Assembly (NCBI GenBank): GCA_963718525.1
Contig: OY970355.1
Span: 2,976,001-3,040,000 of the forward strand
Length of the DNA stretch: 64,000 nt
Direction: 5' to 3'
DNA from: Candidatus Dormiibacterota bacterium
GTDB taxonomy: Bacteria; Chloroflexota; Dormibacteria; Aeolococcales; Aeolococcaceae
Of the stretch, positions 9,604-20,005 are shown piece after piece; the stretch's first letter is position 1; every line of letters begins with the position of its first letter. A model generated the notes under the pieces. It did no database searches. It was not told where the DNA came from and was given only the letters and a program-made list of their open reading frames with translations. The position numbers and the translations under genes were made by a program.

Positions 9604-10371
9604 AACCGGCCGCACCCCGCGCTCCACAATCTCGCGCAAGGCGGACACCTTCCAGACAAACCCCAAGTCAGACTCCTGATTCACACGCCCCGAGTAAACC
9701 CCAAGCAGTCGCTCGACAGAACCGGCGAACACGGCGACACCGCCGCTGCGCATTGCAACAGCGCCACCTCCGCTGTAGAAGATCACCGGCGACCCGGACT
9801 GTCCCGCCCGGGTCCGGCTGTCCACCAGATACAGCGGCAACCCATCGAATTCGACAGCAGGCTCAGTAGCAATACTCCCGCGCGACCAAATTCCTAATGA
9901 CCCGCCACCGCTCAGACCAAACGGGAACCCAATGATGAACACCCCCTCCGCAACACCTGCAGCAATTTCCGGCTCGACAGTCCAGGGATCGTGTCGGTAG
10001 AGCTCCACATCGTCCATCGAGGAGAGCGGCAACGCGACGACGTCCACGCGGCGCCCAAAATCAGGGTGCTCCCGCCACAAAGGCTGACCCGCGCCATTGT
10101 ATAGCGGGTCGGCGACCTCCCTCCACTGTCCGAGACGATCCTTCACATTGTGCATCGTCCTCAGTTCGCTCGGCACCGCCCCAGACGAGTGAAGCGGCTG
10201 ATTGGTTCGCGGATCCCTCCCACTGACAACGTGCCAGTTCGTTATCAGGTAGTTCACACCGTTCCAGCCTACTGCGAAGCCCGTTGCGCTACCAAGTACA
10301 TTGGAACCCGCTATCGCACGGATTAACAACGACGCCACCGAGGGGCGGGCGATCGCGCTGTCTGCCGTCAC
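9601..10371 (-). CDS. Trypsin-like serine protease, no signal peptide (element cargo)
   Basis: Catalytic triad motifs ITNWHVV (His), VDVVAL (Asp), GQSGSPV (Ser); IGFPFG. Confidence 0.85.
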   Translation of the reverse strand: MTADSAIARPSVASLLIRAIAGSNVLGSATGFAVGWNGVNYLITNWHVVSGRDPRTNQPLHSSGAVPSELRTMHNVKDRLGQWREVADPLYNGAGQPLWREHPDFGRRVDVVALPLSSMDDVELYRHDPWTVEPEIAAGVAEGVFIIGFPFGLSGGGSLGIWSRGSIATEPAVEFDGLPLYLVDSRTRAGQSGSPVIFYSGGGAVAMRSGGVAVFAGSVERLLGVYSGRVNQESDLGFVWKVSALREIVERGVRPV

Positions 10372-10405
10372 GCGCTAAGCCGGCTCTGAGCGAATGGGCA
10401 TGTCG

Positions 10406-11488
10406 TCACTCTGCTGCCACCACCACACGAACGGCCGGGCCGAAGCGAGCGTTGATACGGTCCACCATTGCCGCCGTCCCCGACGCGTCAGCATGCGCAT
10501 ACGTGTTGTACGTGAATCCCGGCGACGCATGGCCTAGCATCTTCGAGACTAACTGAATCGGCACCCCATCGCCGATCGCGAGGGTAGCAGCCGAATGCCT
10601 AAGATCATGAAAACGGACACGTCGGATTCCTGCCCGTTCGCACATCACGAGCCATCGTTTGTAGAACGTCGACCGCGCCATCGGTTCCGCGTCTGTCCCC
10701 GGCCAGATCAATGCCCCACGGCGAGGCGTCCGCCTAAGCGCGCTAACGCATCGATCCGACAGCTCAAGAGTCCGCCGCCCCGTCGCCGTCTTGGGCGATG
10801 TGACCACCCGACGCCCCTCCTCATCCACGGTCGCCGTGCCGGCCACGCGGAGCGTACGCCGCGCCAGATCTACATGCTCCCACCGCAGTCCAAGAAGCTC
10901 GCCCTCACGAAGGCCATGCAGCGCCGCGAGCGCGTACGCGGCCTCGAACGGATCACCTTCAGCAGCGTCAAGCAACCGCTCAACTTCAGCCCAGCTAAGC
11001 GTCGTAATCTCGTGCTTAGTGCTCCTCGGTTTATCAACGGCCTGAAGTGCGGAGCTAACCCGGTATCCACGCTTGCGCGCAGAGTTAAGAGCGATCGCCA
11101 ACGTCCGCTGAATCTGGCCCACTGTGTTGCCCGTCACCCGGCGTGCCGCGGTTGCGTGGAGCTTGTCGATGTGGTCGGGCTTCAGTACGTCAAGCCGCAC
11201 ATCACCTATTGCGGGAACGATGTGTATTCGGCCGTGCCGCTCATATGTTGCCCAGGTCGAAGCCGCCACAGTCCCTCGGATGAGATCAAGCCATCGCGCG
11301 AACCAATCGCGGACACTTGGTGACTGGGACGCGACGAACCGACGCTCCCTCTTTGCCTGGTCCGCCTTCGCCTGCGCCTCGGCCTGCGTCCGCCCGTAGA
11401 CGCTGATCTGCTGACCGGCCACCCTTACGCGGCACTCCCAGCGGTTACCTCGCCGCCGCATAGTTCCTGTCCCGCGACGCTGCCGCAT
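10406..11488 (-). CDS. int: Tyrosine recombinase/integrase with N-terminal arm-binding domain
   Basis: GLREGELLGL (R), SPKT (K), FHDLRHS (HxxR), LGHA (H), TYAH (Y) all intact. N-terminus GTGTMRRRGNRWECRV...YGRT is typical of ICE/phage integrases. ATG 11488 (ORF open to 11539). Confidence 0.95.
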   Translation of the reverse strand: MRQRRGTGTMRRRGNRWECRVRVAGQQISVYGRTQAEAQAKADQAKRERRFVASQSPSVRDWFARWLDLIRGTVAASTWATYERHGRIHIVPAIGDVRLDVLKPDHIDKLHATAARRVTGNTVGQIQRTLAIALNSARKRGYRVSSALQAVDKPRSTKHEITTLSWAEVERLLDAAEGDPFEAAYALAALHGLREGELLGLRWEHVDLARRTLRVAGTATVDEEGRRVVTSPKTATGRRTLELSDRCVSALRRTPRRGALIWPGTDAEPMARSTFYKRWLVMCERAGIRRVRFHDLRHSAATLAIGDGVPIQLVSKMLGHASPGFTYNTYAHADASGTAAMVDRINARFGPAVRVVVAAE

Positions 11489-11502
11489 GATTGCCGCCGA
11501 TC

Positions 11503-11727
11503 CTAGCGCCTCACCCGCACCCACGTCCTGGCCGGCCACGGCACCCCTTCGACTGGATCGGTCGCGTGATCTACATAGGCGTTCAGGTCGGCCAAACGAT
11601 AGCGGACGAGCCGACTGCTGATCTGAGTCTTTGGGATGCAGCCCGATCGAACCAGGCGCTTCAGCGTACTAGTGCTACACGCCAAATACAGGGCGGCCTC
11701 ATCAACCCTAAGGAGTTCCGAGCGCAC
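11503..11727 (-). CDS. xis: Excisionase-like HTH DNA-binding protein
   Basis: LLRVDEAALYLACSTSTLKRLVRSGCIP...VRYRLADLNAYV (HTH_17/MerR-like), between rep and int. Start GTG 11727 or 11751. Confidence 0.8.
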   Translation of the reverse strand: MRSELLRVDEAALYLACSTSTLKRLVRSGCIPKTQISSRLVRYRLADLNAYVDHATDPVEGVPWPARTWVRVRR

Positions 11728-11747
11728 CGCGGGGCCACCTTCTAGAT

Positions 11748-12839
11748 TCACGATGCTCCCACGCCAGCGCCATCGCTAAGGATGGCGGCCGGCTCGCCCG
11801 AGGCCCCGTCGGGAGCAAGGCCCGCGAGCAGCCGCAACTGCCCCACCGTAAGCCGACGAGCTCCGGAGTTGAGCAGCTCACGCACAAACTCAACCCCATA
11901 CCCGAGCTCGACAAGCGCGAGCGACGGTGCAACTTGCTTATAGAGCCACATTGCTATTTGCTCCAGCCCGTCCTCCTTCGACGGCAACCGCAGCATCGCG
12001 CGCTCGGCATCCCCAATGATCGACGCCCACCAATCGAGAAGCTCGGCGCGATCCCCCCGCGACCCGTCTTTCCGCTGCGTGAAGTCCACGAGGCCCCGGA
12101 TCGTTCCGAGCACGTGATTCCCTAGCCTCTCGCCCGCTGCCACGGCGCCCTGGAGAAACGAACCGGCACGCTCATCCCGGAGCTGTACCTCCCACCGTAC
12201 GCCCGCCCCTGCGACGCCCGACTCGGCAGCTTTGTCGTAGACGCGGATCAGGGCCAGCGACTTGACCGAACCAAGATATGTGCTTGCTCCAGCGGCTTCT
12301 AATGCTCCCGGACCTCGTCTCACAAACGTCTGTACTTCGCGGACACGAGTTAGATGCGTAAGTGTGAGTCGCTTACGGAAGGCGTCGGCCACTGTCCCAG
12401 GCTCTGCGCGCCGCAGCCGGTCGTCGTAGTAGCCGTCCACCCGTGTTACGTGCGCCTCCAGCCCGACCACCTGCCTAGCCAGCTCAATGCCAGCCTTTCC
12501 GCCCAGGACGTCGAACCCCGACTGCCGAATCTCCAGGTACGTCTCTTTGGCACCTGGCCGTGTCCGCGGCGACCACGCGAGGAACGCCCAATGGCCCACT
12601 TCGGCGGACGATCGATACCAGCGGTTTCCACCATCCCGGTCTTCCGGCATGGAGCCGAACGCACCACCCACAAGGGCGGCAACGTCAGGAGAGCTCATGC
12701 TCCGTATCGTTGCCTGAAGCCATCCAAGTCCTACGGTTGTCATTTCCACCCCCGTGTTACCCATCGGGGGTTCTGCTTTTGTCGGCTCTAAAGGCACAGG
12801 CCGAAGCCTAGCACAAGGAGATGCTTTTGTCCGCTCCAA
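11748..12839 (-). CDS. Rep_trans-family rolling-circle initiator / MOB_T-type relaxase
   Basis: VTRVDGYYDD, STYLGSVKS, IRVYDK (catalytic Tyr), VRWEVQLR; N-terminal PPMGNTGV overlaps the nic hairpin. Start uncertain (12839, 12764 or 12743). Confidence 0.85.
   Translation of the reverse strand: MERTKASPCARLRPVPLEPTKAEPPMGNTGVEMTTVGLGWLQATIRSMSSPDVAALVGGAFGSMPEDRDGGNRWYRSSAEVGHWAFLAWSPRTRPGAKETYLEIRQSGFDVLGGKAGIELARQVVGLEAHVTRVDGYYDDRLRRAEPGTVADAFRKRLTLTHLTRVREVQTFVRRGPGALEAAGASTYLGSVKSLALIRVYDKAAESGVAGAGVRWEVQLRDERAGSFLQGAVAAGERLGNHVLGTIRGLVDFTQRKDGSRGDRAELLDWWASIIGDAERAMLRLPSKEDGLEQIAMWLYKQVAPSLALVELGYGVEFVRELLNSGARRLTVGQLRLLAGLAPDGASGEPAAILSDGAGVGAS
12748..12771 (-). other. Putative nick site (dso/oriT) hairpin
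   Basis: Minus strand ACCCCCG-ATGGGTAACA-CGGGGGT: perfect 7-bp stem and 10-nt loop ending TAACA, the same architecture as the ICEBs1 oriT hairpin within nicK. Confidence 0.78.
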
Positions 12840-12843
12840 AGCA
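12774..12843 (+). repeat. Two imperfect ~22-bp direct repeats beside the nic hairpin
   Basis: TGCTTTTGTCGGCTCTAAAGGCA (12774-12796) and TGCTTTTGTCCGCTCCAAAGCA (12822-12843). Confidence 0.75.
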
Positions 12844-12914
12844 TCCTGGCCTGGCCTCGTCCGGGCAGCTCGCGAGACCTTTCCTCCTCGCGGATCAAAC
12901 CTTTCGTGCGATCG

Positions 12915-13295
12915 TCAGTAGGTCGCTCGTGCCGCGCTGTCGGGGCCGGTCTCGACGCGTCCTGCCAGACGCGTCGTACCCGAGCCGACCGCTCGCCGCT
13001 TCCGCGGCCGGACGACGACCTCGACCTGATCTGGATCCTCTAGAAACACTGTCAGCATGTCCTTCGCATCGAGCTCCAGGAGCAGCATCTCAATGGCTAG
13101 ACGCACGATCTTGCCCATCGGCACGTCGCGCCCCTGGGCTTTCGCCCCCTCCGCTGCGTTCTTAAGCTTCGCGTGAAACTCGGGCGAGACCCGGATCGTC
13201 AGGCGCTCCAGCCCATTAACGCTAACCGGCCGGCCGCCCTTCTTACCCGCGGCTACCTTCACCGGGTCCTTCTCGCGCTGATCCTTGTTAGGCAT
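12915..13295 (-). CDS. Ribbon-helix-helix (CopG/Arc-like) DNA-binding protein
   Basis: RLTIRVSPEFHAKLK...MGKIVRLAIE beta-alpha-alpha pattern; first gene of the rep-xis-int direction. Confidence 0.6.
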   Translation of the reverse strand: MPNKDQREKDPVKVAAGKKGGRPVSVNGLERLTIRVSPEFHAKLKNAAEGAKAQGRDVPMGKIVRLAIEMLLLELDAKDMLTVFLEDPDQVEVVVRPRKRRAVGSGTTRLAGRVETGPDSAARATY

Positions 13296-13320
13296 CTGCT
13301 TATGAGCCTACCAAAGCAGA
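13295..13320 (-). promoter_or_regulatory. Extended -10 promoter overlapped by an inverted-repeat operator
   Basis: TGgTAGGCT 9 nt before ATG 13295, flanked by the TCTGCTT...AAGCAGA inverted repeat; 17/22 identical to the repeat at 12822-12843. Confidence 0.6.
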
Positions 13321-13458
13321 GGGCTTAGGTGAGTCACGTTTTGTGATCGGTGCCTAATTTCAGCGTGACAATGCACGGGGACGCGACCCGCACTCATAGC
13401 GCCTCACTCCTGGTCTCCGCCGCCGAGCGCTTCCCCTGGGCGCATAGAATCGATTGGC

Positions 13459-13923
13459 ATGGACCGGTCCAGAGGCCCCTACCTCATCCACGCTGTGGTG
13501 TGCGAGCGAGTGCTCCAAGAGCAAGACGGCGTGTTGAGCCTAATCCGGGTCATTGATCGAATCACAGCGCTGACGATCCAATACGCTGGCCCCGGCGCCC
13601 CGGCGTTCTCTCCTCCTCCGCCACCTGCCTCGACTTCCGTGACATTCGCTCTCGGCTTCCGCTCCGGAGACTTCCAGGGGACCCTCCCGCTTCGCCTAAG
13701 AATCGACACCCCCTCGGGCTTGAAGCTACCCGAGGTTCAATTGTCGGTCCTCTTCGAAGGAGCCGATCGGGGCGCTAACGTGATCCTCCCCATGCAGTTC
13801 CCCTTGCAGGAGGAGGGACTCCACTGGTTTACCGTAGAGCTTGGCGGCGATGCGGTCACCCGAGTCCCATTGAGAGTCATCCGACAGACTGCGATCCAGA
13901 CCGTCCCCCCGCAGATTGGATAG
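13459..13923 (+). CDS. Hypothetical protein, DUF6941-like
   Basis: AVVCERVLQEQDGVLSLIRVIDRI N-terminus and beta-rich C-terminus (EEGLHWFTVELGG); TAGAAT 8 nt upstream. Confidence 0.65.
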   Translation: MDRSRGPYLIHAVVCERVLQEQDGVLSLIRVIDRITALTIQYAGPGAPAFSPPPPPASTSVTFALGFRSGDFQGTLPLRLRIDTPSGLKLPEVQLSVLFEGADRGANVILPMQFPLQEEGLHWFTVELGGDAVTRVPLRVIRQTAIQTVPPQIG

Positions 13924-13937
13924 GGAAACGCCTGCCT

Positions 13938-14216
13938 TCAGGCCGCAATCGCCACAGGCGACAGGTATTCATCGAGAACCCGTGGCGTTGCGATCACTCC
14001 CGTCCTGACCTCCCCACGATCAAACCACAGCGATTGCGCTAATAGTTCGTGCCCCGAAAGGGTCCATTTGCCCGCGCGGTCAACTAGGGAGAGGTCATCG
14101 GTTGCGTCGGCTCCTTGGTCCAAGGCCAAGCTCCGCAGCCATCCCATGGCGTCATCGACCATCGGAAAGACGGCTAGCCGGTTCCGGCTTAGCAGACCCC
14201 ACACTTCATATCTCAT
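13938..14216 (-). CDS. Small hypothetical protein (candidate antitoxin/partner)
   Basis: 92 aa; start overlaps the upstream gene by 11 nt (translational coupling). Confidence 0.6.
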   Translation of the reverse strand: MRYEVWGLLSRNRLAVFPMVDDAMGWLRSLALDQGADATDDLSLVDRAGKWTLSGHELLAQSLWFDRGEVRTGVIATPRVLDEYLSPVAIAA

Positions 14217-14550
14217 CGTCTAACGGTACCTCATGAACGGCCCAAACGCTGCGAACGGCCCCCAGGAGCTGATCTGGGGCAACCCCGTGAAGTCCAACGT
14301 GCCCGGTTTCCTCATCGTAACTGTTGATCAGATCCTCTGCGATCTCCATCCGCGCAATGAACCCACCTAGCCTAGGTAGCAATTGCGCCATTTCCATGCC
14401 TCGCCGCGCCGTGTCGAACGTGCTGACCTCCGCCCAGTGGACACGGTCTTCATCGGTCAGGGGCCTACGCGGCTTCGCACCCAGCGCCTCCTGGCTCTTC
14501 ATATCCTCTTCGATAGGCGGATTGTTCTGACAGATCCGATAGACGTGCAT
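14206..14550 (-). CDS. Small hypothetical protein, possible ADP-ribosyltransferase-fold toxin
   Basis: 114 aa with VYR ... VSTF ... GHV pattern; TATCCT 7 nt upstream of ATG. Confidence 0.6.
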   Translation of the reverse strand: MHVYRICQNNPPIEEDMKSQEALGAKPRRPLTDEDRVHWAEVSTFDTARRGMEMAQLLPRLGGFIARMEIAEDLINSYDEETGHVGLHGVAPDQLLGAVRSVWAVHEVPLDDEI

Positions 14551-14675
14551 CGTATCGAGGATATCTAACCGTCTGGATGCTGTACGCCGCCAGTCGCGCC
14601 TCCCCTCGCTCGCCCATGTCTAGCCGCACGACTCAGTCCCGGTAATCTTGGCCATGACCTCGGCGCTCGCAGCTA

Positions 14676-14695
14676 TACCCTCACAGGAACCCTCA
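14676..14695 (+). repeat. Integrase arm-type site pair (secA-proximal end)
   Basis: TACCCTCA-CAGG-AACCCTCA, 12-bp period; weaker third copy TAGCCTCG at 14701. Confidence 0.8.
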
Positions 14696-14770
14696 TTCTC
14701 TAGCCTCGGGTGCCTCTCTCTGGCCGTCTATGACACCTCCACGAATTCGGCGCCCCAAAGAGCGACTACG

Positions 14771-17716
<2,946 letters not shown>

Positions 17717-17746
17717 GGTCCATTCCATTCTGGCAGCCCTGGCCAC

Positions 17747-18385
17747 TTACGGCACCACGGCCGCCACCACGACGTCGACGAGCGAAGCGCCCGCCTGAAC
17801 CAGTGCTGAGGCGGCGGCCGCGGCGGTTGCCCCGGTCGTCAAGACGTCATCGACGAGCCAGAGATACCCGCCCTGGAGGTCGTCGCCGGACCAGGCGAAC
17901 GCTCCGTTCACGTTTCCGCGCCGGGTCGCCTCGTCTCGGGCGCTCTGCGGCGGTGTGTCGCGGATCCTGACGAGGTCATCAAGCACGAGGACGTCTCGGG
18001 CCTCGCCAATGACCTCTGCGATCACCAGGGACTGGTTGTAGCCGCGCTGCCGACGCCGGCGCGCGCCCAGCGGCACGGCCACCACGGCGTCTGGCGTGAA
18101 GAGGCGCGGGCCGCCCAGACGGCTCGAGGTCATGGCGGCCAGTTCCCGCAGCACCTGGCGGTCGCCGCCGTACTTGCCCCGATGGAGCGCGGCTCGGATC
18201 GGTTCGACGAACTCGAACCCCGCGAAGGCGCTACCGGCCTCCATCCGGCGCGCCGCCGGGATCGGCATCGCGGTCAGGGCGGCGGCGCACCCGGGGCAGA
18301 TCGGTTGATCGGCGACCGCCTCACACCCGGCGCAGCGCCGCGGGGCAACCGCGTCGAGCAGGAGCCTGGCGAGGGCGGCGAGCAT
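17747..18385 (-). CDS. comF: ComF-family phosphoribosyltransferase-like competence protein
   Basis: N-terminal CAGC...CPGC, RGYNQS, LVDDVLTTGAT. Confidence 0.88.
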   Translation of the reverse strand: MLAALARLLLDAVAPRRCAGCEAVADQPICPGCAAALTAMPIPAARRMEAGSAFAGFEFVEPIRAALHRGKYGGDRQVLRELAAMTSSRLGGPRLFTPDAVVAVPLGARRRRQRGYNQSLVIAEVIGEARDVLVLDDLVRIRDTPPQSARDEATRRGNVNGAFAWSGDDLQGGYLWLVDDVLTTGATAAAAASALVQAGASLVDVVVAAVVP

Positions 18386-18452
18386 GGGTTCAGGTATGCG
18401 GGGTCGGGGGCGACGCCGCCGGGACAGTGCCGCCTGAAAGCGTCGTCAGTCG

Positions 18453-18710
18453 TCAGCTGTCCTCACCGAACGCGTCGAGGGCCGTCTGCATGCAGGAGAT
18501 CAGCTCGCGCGCCGAGGCAATGCTCAGCTCCAACGCGACACGCTCACTCACGGGACGATCCGCATTGACGAAATCGACGAGCAGCGCGTGGTCCAGGGTC
18601 GCGTGGGAGGGATGGTCCACGGAGACGACAGCCGTGCTGATTGGGGTCCAGGCGCCGGCCGCCTTGGCGCTGCCTGTGAGCGCCGCCTTCTCAACGATGT
18701 ACGAGCACAT
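18453..18710 (-). CDS. Small conserved hypothetical protein (DUF6295-like)
   Basis: MCSYIVE..GSAK...DHPSHA..H...DF...RVALEL pattern; follows the dienelactone hydrolase. Confidence 0.7.
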   Translation of the reverse strand: MCSYIVEKAALTGSAKAAGAWTPISTAVVSVDHPSHATLDHALLVDFVNADRPVSERVALELSIASARELISCMQTALDAFGEDS

Positions 18711-18720
18711 GAATCGTCTC

Positions 18721-19461
18721 CTAGCTCAGCAGTCGGCCGAAGAAATCGAACACGAGCCGCCAGCCCTGGGCCGCAGCCTCAACCCGGTAGCTGGGACGAT
18801 CGGCGGCGAAGAAGCCGTGCCCAGCGTTGTCGAAGGTGTGGAAATCGTGCTCCTTGCCCAGCCGGGTGAGTTCGGCATCGATCTGCGCGACCTGGTCCGG
18901 CGACGGGTTCTTGTCCTCAACACCGAAGAGCCCAAGGATCGGGCACGAGATCTTTGGCGCGCGGTCGATGACTGGTTCCATCCGGTACGGCAGCTCCGGC
19001 GGTGAGGGGCTGACCACGAAGGCCCCATAGCAGTCCACCGCTGCATCGATCGGGAGCTCGCACGCGGCGAGAAACGACTGACGGCCCCCCGAGCAGTACC
19101 CGATCGTGCCGATCTTGCCATTGCTCACGGGGAGCGCCCGCATGAAGCGCAACGCACCCCCGGCGTCGCCGAGAAACTGGTCCGTGGTGATCCAGCCACC
19201 GGCCCGCGCCGCTGCGGCGGCGTCATCCGCGGAGAGATCCGGCCCGAAGCGGTGATAGAGATTCGGGCAGAGCGCGATGTACCCGTGGTGCGCGAACCGC
19301 CGAGTGATCTCCTTGGTGGCGGCGTCCCACCCGGGCGCGTGGTGGATCACCAGCACTCCGGGGTACGGCCCCGGACCCAGCGGCCGGGCAAGATAGGCGG
19401 CGATTTCGTCGTCGCCGTTACCCGTGATCGTCACAGTTTCGGCGAGCATTCCTTCGTACAC
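18721..19461 (-). CDS. Dienelactone hydrolase family protein
   Basis: GYCSGG nucleophile motif, EDKNP, AGHGFF; GGAGG upstream. Confidence 0.9.
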   Translation of the reverse strand: MYEGMLAETVTITGNGDDEIAAYLARPLGPGPYPGVLVIHHAPGWDAATKEITRRFAHHGYIALCPNLYHRFGPDLSADDAAAAARAGGWITTDQFLGDAGGALRFMRALPVSNGKIGTIGYCSGGRQSFLAACELPIDAAVDCYGAFVVSPSPPELPYRMEPVIDRAPKISCPILGLFGVEDKNPSPDQVAQIDAELTRLGKEHDFHTFDNAGHGFFAADRPSYRVEAAAQGWRLVFDFFGRLLS

Positions 19462-19598
19462 GGCGTTCCTCCAGTCAGCGATGGGCGGAGGCGACCGTAT
19501 CGAATCAGGACATCGTCAGGCGTCTCGAACAGCGCCCGCCCTTGACCGCGGCCCCCGCCGGGCTGACCCAGCCCGCCCCCGCCGGAGGCCTCGACGCG

Positions 19599-19961
19599 CT
19601 AGCTCGGCAGAGACAGGCGGTCGCCGACCTGAACCCCCGCCGCGGCCAGGCTGCCGGGCGGAAGCTCTATACAGGACTTGGCCTTTCTCACCACACGCGT
19701 GACCCGCCAGGGGCGCAGCGAATGGTAGATCCGGACCACCACACCGTCCTTGTCGAGGAAGACCGCGTCGACCGACATCCTCATGAAGAACATGTGGATG
19801 GAGCTGCACGGACGCAGGCAGAGTCCCGCGTCAGCAGCGAGCTCGCGGCGGCCCATCAGACCCATGAATCGCTGCCAGGGAGTGTCTGCCATCGACACCG
19901 CACGGGCCACGGTGGTGCCGGTCGATGTCGTCAGGCGGAAACTTCGCTGCGTCGTGGACAT
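19599..19961 (-). CDS. DUF192-family protein
   Basis: ADTPWQRFMGLMGR, CSSIHMFFMR, DAVFLD, IELPPG. Confidence 0.85.
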   Translation of the reverse strand: MSTTQRSFRLTTSTGTTVARAVSMADTPWQRFMGLMGRRELAADAGLCLRPCSSIHMFFMRMSVDAVFLDKDGVVVRIYHSLRPWRVTRVVRKAKSCIELPPGSLAAAGVQVGDRLSLPS

Positions 19962-20005
19962 GACCGGGATCCTACCGGGCGATCGCCGGCGCGCTGCGAT
20001 CGTCG

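Noticed and set aside
13330-13450. Single-strand origin (sso) for the rolling-circle element
   Set aside because: Only a weak TAGCGC and short palindromes; not enough to call without folding and comparative data.
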